Shown here: positions 24,504 through 39,500 of the stretch, one piece after another
Position numbering within the stretch: the first letter of the stretch is position 1
How the letters are laid out: the number at the start of each line of letters is the position of its first letter
From: Owenia fusiformis
Lineage: Eukaryota
Reading direction: 5' to 3'
Assembly (NCBI GenBank): GCA_903813345.2
Contig: CAIIXF020000001.1
Coordinates: 14,198,001-14,262,000 of the forward strand
Length of the DNA stretch: 64,000 nucleotides
The notes under the pieces: generated by a model
The model's database searches: none
Told to the model about the DNA's origin: nothing
What the model saw: only the letters and a program-made list of their open reading frames with translations
Program-made: the position numbers and the translations under genes

Positions 24504-27500
24504 CTGAAAGTAGAGAGATAAGTAAACTTGAAGTTCAATCTAATATCATTAAGCTGCAGTAGAGAAGCTCAATGGGGTATAACACTGTGATTGTAATACT
24601 TGAACACTTATGGAGATTACAAAAATAAAATGTATATAAATTGATTAAATCAAAACATGACAAAAATACAAGATATTCTAAAGGTATTATGACCAGAGAG
24701 AAAACAGAAGGCCCACTGATGGTCATAATGATGGTTATAGGACCCATATATGCCATTATGACAGTTTAGGCAAGTCTTGCTTCAAGACTGTGGACCTCCC
24801 CCTTATCTACTTCACCAACACAACTCAACATTTGTGGGAAATGTATAGAAAAATAAAGAAAATTTGTTAAAAATTAACAAGAAAGGTGATTCAGAGAAAA
24901 TAAAGGACCCACGGTCCTGTGCTCACACAGTTTGGAACCTTCAGAGGAATGTATATCCTGACTTTCAAACAAAAACGTTGATTTGGATTTGTAGTCTCGA
25001 GTTTTGAGAAACTTAGTTAGCACAGTTGTGTGACCTGGTTTGATGACCTTTGACCTTGAAAATTTTACTTATTCAGAGCTCAGTAAGGTCTTTTGTGATT
25101 AAGCTGACCAAAATTTACATCCAAAAATCCTAAAACTAATGTCAGATTCGAACTCCTGGCAACTTGTAGATGATTTTTAAAAGAAATTTGGTCAAATTGA
25201 AGCAAGTTGAAAAATAACTTATTTTTACTTGAACAGAATACACTTTTCGAGATGAAAAATTCAAAATGGCCACCTTAACATTTACCCAGACTGCCTAAAA
25301 CTAATCAGTTCTAAACTTTCCATACAAACATCTCTAAAATTTTAGGATGAATCCATGAAACCTGTAAACAACTCTCAAGAGACACGTTTTAAGGTATTAC
25401 TTCACAGAGTATCAGCTTTTTTTCTTCAATTCAGATTTTCCTGAAAAAAATCCTAGTAAAAGATATACTGATGTATTACAAAATATGTGAAAATTGGAAA
25501 GATTGACTTCTTAGTTATTTCTAAAAAAATGTTTTAATTTAACATTGATCTCAATGATAAATTCTTTTTTATTTTTTAAAATAAGCCTTCACAGACACGA
25601 TTTTAGGACGAAAAATCCAAAATGGCCACCTTAATATTTACCAAGAATGCCGAAAAACTAATTCAGTTCTAAACTTTCATAGGTAGAAACATCCCTGAGA
25701 ATTTCAAATGAATCCCTTAAACGGTTTGGCTGGAAACCTGTAGACAAGCCTTGACAGACAAGATTTTAGGATGGAAAATCCAAAATGGCCGCCTTAACAT
25801 TTACGCAGAATGCCGAAAAACTAATCAGTGCTAAACTTTCATAGGTAGAAACATCCCTGAGAATTTCAAATGAATCCCTCAAACGGTTTGGCTGGAAACC
25901 TGTAGACAAGCCTTGACAGACAAGATTTTAGGACGGAAAATCCAAAATGGCTGCCTTAACATTTACAAAGAATGCCGAAAAACTAATCAGTTCTAAACTT
26001 CCATAGGTAGAAACATCCCTGAGAATTTTAAATGAATCCCTCAAACGGTTTGGCTGGAAACCTGTAGACAAGCCTTGACAGACAAGATTTTAGGACGGAA
26101 AATCCAAAATGGCCGCCTTAACATTTACCCAGATGCCGAAAAACTAATCAGTTCTAAACTTTCATAGGTAGAAACATCCCTGAGAATTTCAAATGAATCC
26201 CTCAAACGGTTTGGCTGGAAAACTGTAGACAAGATTATTCGGGACGCCCGCCCGCCCAACCAATTACAATATAGCACCTTAGGGTGCGATAAAAATTTGA
26301 TGCTGACATATATTGAGCATGCTTAAATGCTTAAATCTAGTAATGATGTAATTCATTGCAAGAAATGATCAAGTATAAGGCAAACTTTGAGAAACTTGTC
26401 AATCACAAAACCTGCCATTGACTTTATTCATGAGAACGTTTCCTGAAAATGACTTTTAAGTCCTACTTTTTGTCAAATTTTATAGAGTAAACACCAAAAA
26501 CTGTAATTCCAAGAGCTTTGAAATCTTCAGAGGACATAAGTTGCATATACAGCAACTACTACAAATTATTTGAAAGTTCTACATCAACAAAGTGTCTAGT
26601 ATTTACAGAAAATTTGACTTTTTGACGTCAAAATCAGCAATTTTTCCTTGCAGATAAAGACCGAAAAGAGGGATTTGAATTTAGCACATTTTTGTCTAAA
26701 TCTTAGGCACACTTCTGACTTTTGCCTGATCTATGCAATTGAATAGAGAAAAATAGTGTGTTTTACAGTGTTACGTGTTGTAGTTGATGATCTAACAACT
26801 TCTGTTTCTAAAAAAGTAAAAAATTCAAATATTTGAAAATTGTAAGAGGAACAACTTATTTTTCAGTCATGTTTTTCCAAAAATGTAGATAGTAATGTAA
26901 ATAGTTTTTCAAGTCATAAATAACAATTAATACATGAATGATTAAACTATATTTTCAGCCTTTACATTGGACCTTTAAGACCACTTAACAAAAGCTTCTA
27001 TTCAAAGTTTTTTATTTATTTCAAATTAGTCTGACATTTAAAAAGCAAGCTGTGTTAGGGGGATGTCTGAGGGTCAAAGTATGGTAGTTACAAACGTCAT
27101 TGATCTAACATTGCTACGCTGCATGCTTTTTAGATTTGTCACGTAATCAAGCTTAATAAACCAACAGCAAACATGCCAAACAATATATAATATAGAAGAA
27201 ACATATAGGAACATTTGAACACCATTTTTTAAAGTTACGCATTTTCCCCCAATGACTACTAGGTATTACAGAAAGAGGGTATTAACCCTAATTGTTGTAC
27301 TGTTTTTTAGTTACGTAGTTGTATATAAATTTACAGCTTATAATAAGAAAGAAGACACTGATCCAACCAATAAGAGTCTTAGGGCAGAGGAAATTCAGGA
27401 ACTGTACAGGAAAGATGATGATTCTATCACAGAGATTGAAACTACGATGCATGAAAAAGAAAATGTGAGCGAAGAGCAAACATTCAAATACCAAGATATT

Positions 27501-30500
27501 GAAGCAACTGATGCGAGTCTTAGTGCAGAGGAAATTCAAAAACTGTACACCAAGGAGGATTCCATGACAGCGATTGAAACACAGGTGCAAAAAGAAAGAA
27601 ATATGACTGAAGAACAACTAATCGGTGTAACAAAACGCAGACTTGCTGATGTGATCCTCATCGGAATGTTTAAAGGAGGAACTGGGACAATAACAGTATG
27701 GCTTTCACACTATCATCCACAGGTTGTGCATCTTCATATGAATGAGTACTATGCTAATAACTACATTGTTGGGCCTGAACAACACATGGCCACAATACCC
27801 AATGTCTCAGATGACAAAATCATTTATGAACGATGCACAGTCTGTTATACACGCCAAGAGTCAAGAGAAAGGATTCTGGCTGCATATCCACAAAAGAATG
27901 TGAAACTTTTGGTCATGGTCCGTGATCCACTAGAGCGACTAATATCTATTTATGTGCAGACAATACAAATGAAAGAACAAAAAAATGAGACTTTTGAAGA
28001 GTATGTATTCCATGCTAATGGGACATTGCGTACTGAAGAAAATTATTTTCAACATTGTTTTTATGTGAAATATTTCGCAAAATGGCTAATGCTATTCCCA
28101 AGAGAAAACATACATTTAGTAGACGCAGATATGTTTATCAAAAAACCATGGATAGAACTAGAAAAAATTGAAAAATTTCTTAAAATTGAGCAATTTTTCA
28201 CAGAGAAGCGGTTTCAGCCCAACCCAGATAAGCCGAAGTTCCATTGCTTATTACTTGAGTATAGGAAAACAGGATTGCATTGTATGGGGCATACAAAGGG
28301 AAGATTCCATCCTACCATTTCTGATGAGACATTGCAAAGGCTGAGGAAACATTTAAAACCATATAATGAACAATTTTTTACCTTAACGGGTCAAAGGTTT
28401 TCGTGGTATGAACACTATGATTAATGACTATAAATTCAGTTTAAGAAACCTCCTAGCATAATGTTTTCAATGCCTAAATTGTTAGGCCAATGAAACATTG
28501 ACTAGCAATTTACATTTTACAAGTAATGGACGACACAACAGACATGTAATTTTGATGATGTTACACACAACAATGTCATTAATTATTAAATCATCTGGAA
28601 AAACAGGCATTGCAAATTGCCTTTGACTAGTCATTTTTTTGTGTTACATGGGCCTACAGATGTGTCACACTTTTGGTTATAGGGTATATCATGAAAAATC
28701 AAAATTATAGACATATAAGGATATCATTGTAAGAAGCTGCGACAATTCACGATTAATTTTAGGACGAGGACTTGATTTATGAACTCCTTTAGCGAGTTCC
28801 TTTATTTTTACTTCAGCTTTGATCATTTTCTTGTTATTTTCTAATTATATTGCCCCATTATGTTTATTTTAAGGTATTAAAGGTTATAGATGGTTTTGAA
28901 TATAATGAACAGTTTAATTGTAATAAAATGAAAGTATTTCAAGAATATTTTGTTTTTTCTTATTAAAAATAATTGTGTAACCTGATTATTTATTTATTCA
29001 CGAAGCTGTATACTAAATATTGATTCCTCCAAAATAAAAATAAAACAAGGTAATATGACCTGGGACAAATGGTTTAATTTACCAGCCTGGACCAACATAA
29101 AAAGAATACAATTACAAGCACAGGATCAGACCTACATGTATGGCAATTTTCATATATCCACAAATTATGGCAAAGAGATTGATACTTTGTATTACATAGA
29201 TGCAGACAGATGAAGGGGTTATTCCACAGACTAATGTTTATTATCCTACCCCCTAAGTATGGAATTTATATTGTATCAAAATTGGACAATACACGATCCA
29301 TGTTAAAAGTCAAACTATATGATTCGAAACTAACATCATAATATGGGAAATAGACATCATCATCTGGGAAACTTGCATCATGGTATGCAATTTTCAATCT
29401 ATGTTATACCAACAGTTAATTTTCTTACATAACTTATTTTCATTCACACATGCATTGGTTCTATCAAGTGTCACACAACCTCGAATCACTTTGCAAAAAT
29501 CCAAAGCAATGATGAAATGTCACACAGATTGTGTATACATTATACCTTCTAACAGCAAACTAATTTTCTAGGAAATCTTACAGAATGGACGTAATATCAT
29601 AAACTAATATACCAAATCAACAAAGTAAAGATCAAATTCTGTGATCAAATAGCACATCATGTAATCAAATGCTACACCCTGTTATCAAATACCACATAGT
29701 GTTCATCAAATAGCACCCATATCATCAATTGGTCTACACCCTGTTATGAAATACCACATCCTCTTCATCAAATAGCACATCATGTAATCAAATGCTACAC
29801 CCTGTTATCAAATACCACATCCTCTTCATCAAATAGCACATTATGTCATCAAATGCTACACCCCGTTATCAAATACCACATCCTCTTCATCAAATACCAC
29901 ATTATGTCTTGAAATTCCTCTTCTGTCATCAAACCACATACCATCATCAAATATTACATCATATCATTAAATACCATATCCTTTCATACCACATACTCTC
30001 ATCAAATATCATACTACATTCTTCCATCAATTACTACATCATGTCATCAAGCACCACATCCTGTAATCAAATACCACGCCATTTTATCAAATACCATGCC
30101 ACATCATCAATAACCAAGCCATTTCATCAAATATCACAGCATGTCACATCAAGCACAACATTCTGCCATCAAACAACACATCTTGTTATCAAATACAACA
30201 TCATTGAATCAAATGACTAATGCTTAAAGATAATTTGGATGGTTTACTTCTAATATTGTTTAAATAACCTGACAAATTAGGAGGACTGAATTAAGAAATA
30301 TACACCAAAGAGCAGGTGTTATATCGACTAATTCAAACAGCAGGGCAAGGCACAAACATTTTCTGTAACCCGAACGACCGAGGGAGTGAGGGGTTCTGAA
30401 GCTTTTGTGCCTAGCCCTAAGGTATGATTCATTGATATAACACCTGCTCTGAGATCTACTATTATGATTCGAACATGAATACTCGCCAAAAGTTTCGAAT

Positions 30501-33500
30501 ATTCATTATGGCCCGCAATTACTACAGCCGCCGTTATGACAAAAACATACTGGGTGACATATGGACTTTGTTCACAGTTTATAGAAGGCGTGAATATAGT
30601 CATGTTCGAATGAAAATTATAGGAACAGGTCAACTTGACAAAGATTTGTAATTACATGCAATTGTCATGATAACATTTAAAAAATAATAAATTCAGATAA
30701 CAGCATAGCTAACAATCTGGCCTCTTTGAACCTTCCTCCAACATTACCCTTTGTGTTTTACTCCAATAAACCAATCATTCAATTGCAATCAATGTGGAAA
30801 TGTATAATTTCAAAATAGCTAACCTTATATAAGTAAAACGAAGAAACATGCGTTTCAACACCAGGCATTATAGAATGAAGGTATTAATCCTTACTATTAT
30901 TGTGTTTTTGAGTTATATTATTGTATACAAAAGCACTACTTCCAAAATAATCAACAATCTGAGGGAAGACATTGATGCTAATCTTGATGCAGGGGAAATT
31001 CAGGAACTTTACACAAAGAATTATTCCATGCTAGAGATTGAATCCCGGGTGAAGGAAGAAAGAACTGAAATTGAGGAACAGCTATCTGGCATAACAAAAC
31101 ACAGGCTCTCTGATGTTATCCTCATCGGGATGTTCAAAGGTGGCACTGGTACCATGACCTCTTTTCTTACTCATCATCCACAGGTGGTGGAAGTTACTTT
31201 AGCTGAGTTCTATAGCACTTACTATAAATTAGGACATATAGAACACATGGCCCACATGCCCAATGTCTCAATAGACAATGTCATTTATGAACGATGCACA
31301 CTTTGTTATACAAGCCAAGATGCAAGAGAGAGGATTCTGGCCGCATATCCAGAAAAGAATGTGAAATTTTTGATCATGGTTCGTGATCCTATAGAGCGAC
31401 TTATATCTGGTTATGTGCAGAATCAATATTATGGACAAAGAAAAATGTCATTTAAAGAGTATATATTCCACATTAACAATAAAACTTTAAGAACAGGAAA
31501 AGAGTATTTTGAAAAAAGTTTTTATGTTAGCCACCTCGCACGATGGCTAATGTTATTCCCTAAAGAAAATATACATTTGGTTGATGCAGGCATTTTCATA
31601 GAAACACCATGGATAGAACTTGAAAAAATAGAACAATTCCTTAAAATTGAACATTTTTTCTCAGAGGATAAATTTCCAGTCAATCCAGAAAAGCCCAACT
31701 TCCATTGCCTCATTAAAGAGTATCACACAGGGATGCGGTGTATGGGACGCACAAAGGGTAGATCCCATCCTGAAATTTCTATTGAGACAATGGAGACACT
31801 AAAGAAATATTTCAAGCCGTATAATGAACAATTTTTTACATTGGCAGATCAAAGGTTTTCATGGGAGGAAAATTATGAATAAAAGGAGGTAAACAGTATC
31901 AAAATGATTCTTTTTTACCATTTCTCCGAACCAATTATTTTCTCATTTAAATAACACAAAATTGATATTTGACATATAACAGATATATAACAAAGGGTGC
32001 AACATAAAAGGCGTAATAATTAAGTATGACATATAGAGGTTCAGAGGTGGCAGACATAAACTGCGCATTATATTGTGAATATATCATGAATTTCTAATCT
32101 ACACATCTCTTATATTTATTATGTCACGTCACCCTAACTCTATTGAAGTGCATGCCCCAATCAACAAATTAATTTCATTCAATGATGATTTTGAAAAATT
32201 AGATTGATACCTCTATTACATGATTTCAAAAGATGTTATCACATTTTATCTTTTACCTTTCACCTTGATAAAATTGAAGCATAATTTAATAATCAATGTA
32301 TTTTAAACTGTACTGGCTATTTTGAATGTGTTTTAAAGAGCCAAAATTATCTTATGATCTCTTTAATTAAGGATTCTTTTTAATTAAGGAAAACTGACAA
32401 AAGCACCAATGTGTTCAGGTTTGGCAGTACCCTGCGTGCAGAGTCTAGTTAAACTACACTCTGCCTAGTAGAGACCATATTACAGTTTAGTAGCCCCGCC
32501 CTCATATATTTTATGAAAAATAAAATATTAGACATTATCTTAATCTGAAACGTGGTACCACTGTGACCACACCAAGCACTTGAATTAAGGGGGAATCTCC
32601 TGCACTGTCAATATAAAAAACAATATGCCAGTTGACATTTGAATCTCTATGTCACCAATCTTGACATTCAATATCTTTGAGCTGATAACATGGAGTTGGA
32701 AATACCATCAAGTAATATACACTGTAATCCAAGAGTCGTGCTATTAGGTAGCGATCTGAGGCACTTGGATCAGGGTGTTGTCGGGACAATTTCTCTTGTG
32801 ACTTAGGTTATGTATTTAGGTCTATCTCAACAGATTTTTCTGGTCTTATGCGCCGCAAATGGTGCGAAAGATGTTAAAATTGCATTTTCGACCCTAAAAT
32901 TCAGATTTCTTGGGGGTACATTATTATCTAGCTATAAAACAAAAACTAAACAACCAATGCTTCTTTCTTTTGGTGTTTCTGTTAAGAGTAATCATACTTA
33001 CAATGCATATGTAAAAAAATTGAAGAATTTTAACTTTATTTAAAAACAGCAACATTTTTTCACCCTAAAATCATAGAATTTAGGGGGTTGAGAGACACTG
33101 ATTGGTATTGATTTTTTAACTTCTCAATCAATCTCAGTTTAATATTAATGGAACACCCCTAAAAGTAGCACCAACATGTCCCCAACACATTACCATAAAG
33201 AAAAAACTCAAACTCTAACATGTTTTTTTGCCTATAGGGGTCAATTTACCTCTCCCTTCTTTCCCTTTTTAGATGGGCGTGGCCATATTGGCATGTTCAT
33301 CTAAAAATAAATACTTCATGTTCATATCCATCCTCTGATCACAGGGCTTCAAAATCCAGAACATATTCTTTCTTTTTACCCCCAGCAATAAGCAGTTACC
33401 ATTTCCCCGATTAAGAACTCGCAATCTGATTGGCTGTCGCAACACTGTGACAGAAATCATGTATAAGTCATTTTATCAGAGCAGCATAGTATCAGTCTAA

Positions 33501-36500
33501 AGCGAATATTGGAATATCCCCGAGTCCAATACCCTGGGCTCTTGGAACACCTGATGGGCACTTGGTTAAAACAGAAAAGTCAAAATTATTACATGAGCTG
33601 GAAACATATAATATTACATGGACCCAAACCAGAAAAAACAATTATAGTCTATGATGGCAATGCATTGTTCCATATACTTCCTGAGCAACCCAAAACATTT
33701 GGATTATTGGCAGAGAGGATCCTTCAGATGCTTCCTATAAGAAAGATTCAATTAAAGAACCAGAAAGAATACGCAGGCGTGTCTCCAAAAAGCTAATAAT
33801 AAAAGGACCTAATACCAGGATTCCTAACAATTGGAAGGAATTCCTTTTAAATGATGAGAATGAAATGCAGCTGAGTCAGTTGATCCTTGAAGAATGGAAA
33901 AAGATAAAAATGCTCCTAAACTCAAAGAAAGACAGATTCATGTGGTGAGATCTGTACAGTGCACCAGTGATAGAACTACTGTTACACATAGAGTTGAACC
34001 TAGTCTGAAATCTTCCCACAAAGAGGCAGATATAAACATTATACTCCATGCAATTAACATGAAATGAACCTGAAAATACAGAAAAAAACTATAGTTAGGA
34101 GATCCCCAGGTAGCGATGTTTTTGTACTTCTTGTGCACTTTCCAATCTTATTCAAACTCCATTAATTTTCGACACTGGTAGTGCAGACCACATATGACTC
34201 ATTAAAGGTGCAACAATTAGTGCAGGGGGGGGGGGGGCATTCAACAATCATCGACCAGTGTCAAAATATATTTAAGTTTGGATATTTCATCAAGACTAAC
34301 ATATATTTTTATTATCTACAAAGAAACCCCCTGGATGAACATAATTCCAGCTGATATTCCTCTTGAAACGTGGTGAATCTTAAAAATCAAATATAGAAGC
34401 TTTGAACTGAATTTACACTTCTAAATTGAGAGTTTATCCATACATTTTCAGAAAATAGGTATGTCAAAGAAGATGTTAAGCCAAATATTGACCTGATAGC
34501 TCAGAAAAAAGAAAGAAATTCAAATTTTCTCTCTACAGTCCTTGTTGCCCCTTTAATGTAAAGGAAGTAGGAAATGCGCTCAGTTCAGACATTTGTAAAT
34601 TTGTAATGCTTTACCAGCCTTCCATTCATTCACTGGATGTGATTCCTTCAATGCCTTTGTGAGAAGGGGGAAACTGTCCCCCCCCCCTAAAATTACTTAT
34701 GATATCTGTACAATTTCAAAAAGGTTTCAGCACCATTGGAGGGGTCATTAGTGATCAAACTGCTAAATGTGCTGAGAAGTTTACTTGCCAGATGTATCGA
34801 AACAAAAAGTGTTCAAATATAATTAAGCTGAGATATACCTTATCCAAGACCAAAATCTGCTCCAAGTGTGATAACAAGCTATGAAGGCACTGACATAAGC
34901 CTCCTACCCCCATGTAAAGATTCATTACAGAAAAGATTCATTCATCTGGCAAGGGCCAGTTATCAAGCACACATATGGAATCTTGCCCACATCCCCTACC
35001 CATCAATTCCCTCCCCTGTGTCACATGGATGGAGGATGAAAGATGGCCATTTTGATTTCAATGGGTGTCAAATCCAGATAAAATTCTACTACAGGACCTG
35101 GTAGATGTTATCGTATAAGATGATACTTTAGAAGATCAAAATGAAGGTTTATGAAATACAAAGCTTTGTGGATCAAATATATTCTGGTGAATAAAAACTA
35201 CATTTGTGATGACAGAAATTCATACAATGAGTAAAATCAATATTATGACTGAGTTGTGAACTGTGTATTAGATAATATTCAACTTCAGATTTTTAATATT
35301 CTTATATCTCGAGCCTACATAGAATAAATATTGTATTATAAATAATTCACAGGTATGTACTATATGTATACACCTAAGTGAAAATATCTTATGGTAATAT
35401 ATTTGATAAAATACATGATATGTACATGTATTCATTTAATGTGACATCATGCTACTGTTTAAATCCACGTGTATTAATGGCCACACCCCTTTTATAAGGG
35501 AAAGAGGGGAGAGGTAAATTGACTCTAATAGATAAAAACATCAGAGTTTGAGTTTTTTCTTTATGGGTAATATGCTGGGGACATGTTGGTGCTATTTTCA
35601 GGAAAGTTTCATTTATATTAAACAAAGATTGATTGAGAAATTAAAATATCAATTCTGATTAGTGTCTCTCGACCCCCCTAAATTCGATTATTTTAGGATG
35701 AAAAAATGTTGTTGTTTTTAAATTAAGTTAAAATTCTTCAAATTTTTTACATACGCATCTTAAATATAATTACTCTTAACAGAAACACTAAAAGAAAGAA
35801 GCATTGGTTGTTTAGTTTTTGTTTTATAGCTAAATAATAATGTACCCCCAAGAAATCTGAATTTTAGGGTCGAAAATGCAATTTTAACATCTTTCGCACC
35901 ATTTGCGGCGCATAAGACCAGTAAAATCTGTTGAGATAGACCTAAATACATAACCTAAGTCACAAGAGAAATTGTCCCGACAACACCCTGATCGAAGTGC
36001 CTCAGATCGCTACCTATATGTGGTTGATAACCCATATTATCACTGCATAAGAGATAATATGCAGATTTTACTTGCTACCATGTCCCAATTATCAACCACA
36101 CCTTTTAACAAAGCATTAACATGTAAAATGTCACTACCTGCCATTTGTTACAGATGCTGAACTCAGAACGCCAGACACCAACCATCGTCATAAAAAAGGT
36201 GGAGACTATAACAATGTGTTACCACTTGTGGTGTTTACATAAAAATATAAAATAATATTACTTTTTATGTCTATTTTACTTACCCTGCGGGGCATTTCAT
36301 TTCCTCCATACAGGGTTCCTCCACCCAACTGTCCCTGCTCCACAGGTGACCCGGTAGGAACGTTCTGATTTTAACAGCATCTTCAAATGATGTGTTTACG
36401 AAAAATTCAAACCCAGTGAGGAGCTCAATGTCTCTCACACGTGCAACATGTTCTTGCAAATAATCAATTGATTTCTGGAATTAGAGAATATGTCGGGATA

Positions 36501-39500
36501 CATACAGTATACAATTATTGACCTCTCCAGAGGTTTACTGTAAACCGAATGGAGAGGTCTATAATTGTTTTGTTAGTCCGAAGAATATCTTAGATTTTTC
36601 TGACCCTTGAAGTTGACTTGAAGTTGGATCCAGAACCTCGAGACGTTCATGTTGTATTTCAGTATATCGGCAGTAAGTTCACTCAATGGAGTCAAATTAC
36701 TCTCCTGGGCGAAGTCCACTAAAAGCTTTGTACAAAGTTTTAGATTTTTCTTCGTATTTTGACTGTCTTTACTCTCTAAGAGACTAATAATATCCTCATC
36801 TTCAACATTTTTGAAACGGCTAGTGCTAGCGGCGGCCATTTTATCGTCTGATAATGACGTCATTTTAGTGGAATGCTGGGAATATTATTCACCGGCAATG
36901 CATTGCGCGGTGTACAGTTAAAATTATTCACCGCTCGTTGACCAATCAAAATCGAGTATTTCAACTGAGGTACTAACAATATACAATTGTTGACCTCTCC
37001 AGAGGTCAACCGGCAAAATTGTATACCGAGACTGTAAACCGAGAAACTACTGTTGACAGAGACCGAAGGTCGAGGTCAACAGTAGTTTCAAGGTTTACAG
37101 TCGAGGTATATGGTTTTGACGGTTGACCGAATGGAGAGGTCTACAATTGTTTTGTTAGTCAGAAGAAACTAATAATACACATATAGACGACAGTCATCAA
37201 TCATGGCTTCATTTCACAATCTTTTCTCCGAACCACGCCAACAATAATTTTTTAAGAAAATCTTAAGACAGTGGTAGCTAAACTCTTTGTTTTTGGCACA
37301 TAACTGCATACTCACTTGTAAATTAATGTTAATTTTTCGTTTCTTTTTGTATTTTTGCTATACTTGTCGTCTAGCAAAGTCAAAATATCACTTTCATCAA
37401 CGTTTACGAAATGTCCATCTACCATGTTTTTTCTGTAAACATTATGACGTCATATTTCCCATAATTCACAAGTGTAGTACAGTAACATAAGCGGTCAATA
37501 ATATGATATCCCATGATGCACAGGTGAGGTACAGGCAAAAATGTTGACCGCTAATTGACCAATCAGATGCGAGTATTTACACTGAGGTACTAACAATATA
37601 AATTATCTCACATATTTAAGGCTGAAAATATAACACATCTTACAATGTACATTAAGACTTTTATACAATGGACTTGACAGGTTCTGATGGGGACTGTTTG
37701 CTTTAAATGGTGAATGATTCTCATACATGTACCTTGTGATTTCACCTGTGCACTGTGACTACTCCCTGTACATTGTGATTATAACATGTACATGGTGAGT
37801 TGAACCTGGACATGGTGACAATTACCTGTACATTGACTTGAAAATGTACATGGTGATTGTTACCTAGACATTATGACTAATTTACCCTGTCTGGTGATGA
37901 TAAGCTTACATAGTGACTGATACCTCTACCTGGTGACTATAACCTGTGCATAGTGACTGTGACTAACTTACCATACAGTTCATAACTTTCTGCTTGTGGG
38001 GAAGGATAAAAGACTGGACATCTAGCTCTCCTGTACATTGCTGAACACTATCCCCAACTCTACAGCGAATCATACTCATATAGAAGTGACTGGGGATGGG
38101 TACGCCACTGTCTTGTACCAATCTAAAATAGTAATATGTCAATGTTTTTCATAAATCAAAATCAAATCTCAACATTGCACTGCACGTACACTCTGTCTAT
38201 ATAGGTAACATCTACAGTATAACTTCATTCAATTACAGGTTAGTTAACGTAGTACTTTGGAGTTTTATATCATATAATTTTGTCGAGCTATGAATTCAAC
38301 CAATTTACTACACATAAAATCTGACTTTAGATGCTTGGGGTCCTCTACAAGGATGTGAATTCAGATTGAATCCAGGTGAAATGGTAATATCCTTGCTTGC
38401 CTGTAACTCTACAGTCTTTTTACAGCAAGTCTTTTTGTGTGTTTTATTAACCTACTGAGTTATGTTGTTAATGTCATCTGGCTTGCCATCAGCATCATAG
38501 TCCCAGGCTGGACCAACCATGACGTGTATGTCAGAATAGTGCTCCCTGTACTCTTCCAATACATCGTACAGGAATTTCCAGATACCTATAAGTAAAAACA
38601 CATGATGGGTTTGCTATTTCAATGCGATGTAAGTTCAACTATTTTAATCCCATGAATGTTTCAACATTTAATGAGGTAGTGAAGCTGTTGGGGAGTGTGC
38701 CATAGAATTAAGTTAATTACTTATTTAACTATTCAAGAGTGCACTGTAGAGTTCAGTTCCATATGATTTCACATGGGTGAGATATTTTAAATTGGAATTG
38801 CATGTTATTTGTTAACAACAAGGCACTTATGTGCAAAATATCACAACGTGCCATTTGTTACAGATGCTGACCCCCAAATGCTGAACACCAACCGCCGAAC
38901 AACACCCACAAGAAAATAATAGCCAACAATAACGATATGTCACCACTAAATGGTGACATTTAATCAAGTCACTTGTATGATGTATGACTTTATTATTATA
39001 AATCTTCAATTAGAAAACACTGATTCAAAATCATTGATTAATTAAACCTAATGGAAATTACCTGACTGGAATCCATTGTACATTGGAACTAAGTTAGATG
39101 TTATAGCAGCATCCAGTCTTCCATCATCAGTTGCTGACACTCCTATAACATTAAACCAATGCATTATCAGTTATTAAATTTAAGCATTATGAATAATCAA
39201 AAGTTACATTCAAGCATAATGCAGATATGACAATTTACGCATTATGCATAAACTGATATTCTACAAATATTTCATATTATTTTTGAAGAGCCAGGGGAAT
39301 ACACAGGTTTCATCAAAAACAGTATGAAATATTTGTTTTATTATTCACTGATATATTCACCACTCTCTTGCTGTTGGGAATGTCTTATAAGAACAAGAAT
39401 GATTAAATTTTTTGTATCACTTTCATATGTACACTGGACAAAACGACACACCTGGTGAATTAACGACTGTTGAATACGACTTTTTTCTGATGTCACAGGC

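Noticed and set aside
25600-26235. 162-bp periodic array as a CRISPR or coding repeat
   Set aside because: Whole units are near-identical with no spacers; it is the core of a MITE-like element.
29843-30220. 125-aa His/Ser-rich ORF
   Set aside because: Translation of a degenerate tandem repeat.
32589-32600. GGGGGAATCTCC NF-kB-like motif
   Set aside because: Not near any identified gene start; may be chance.
32810-35951. Near-identical ORFs 32810-33043 (+) and 35760-35951 (-)
   Set aside because: Mirror images within the transposon TIRs.
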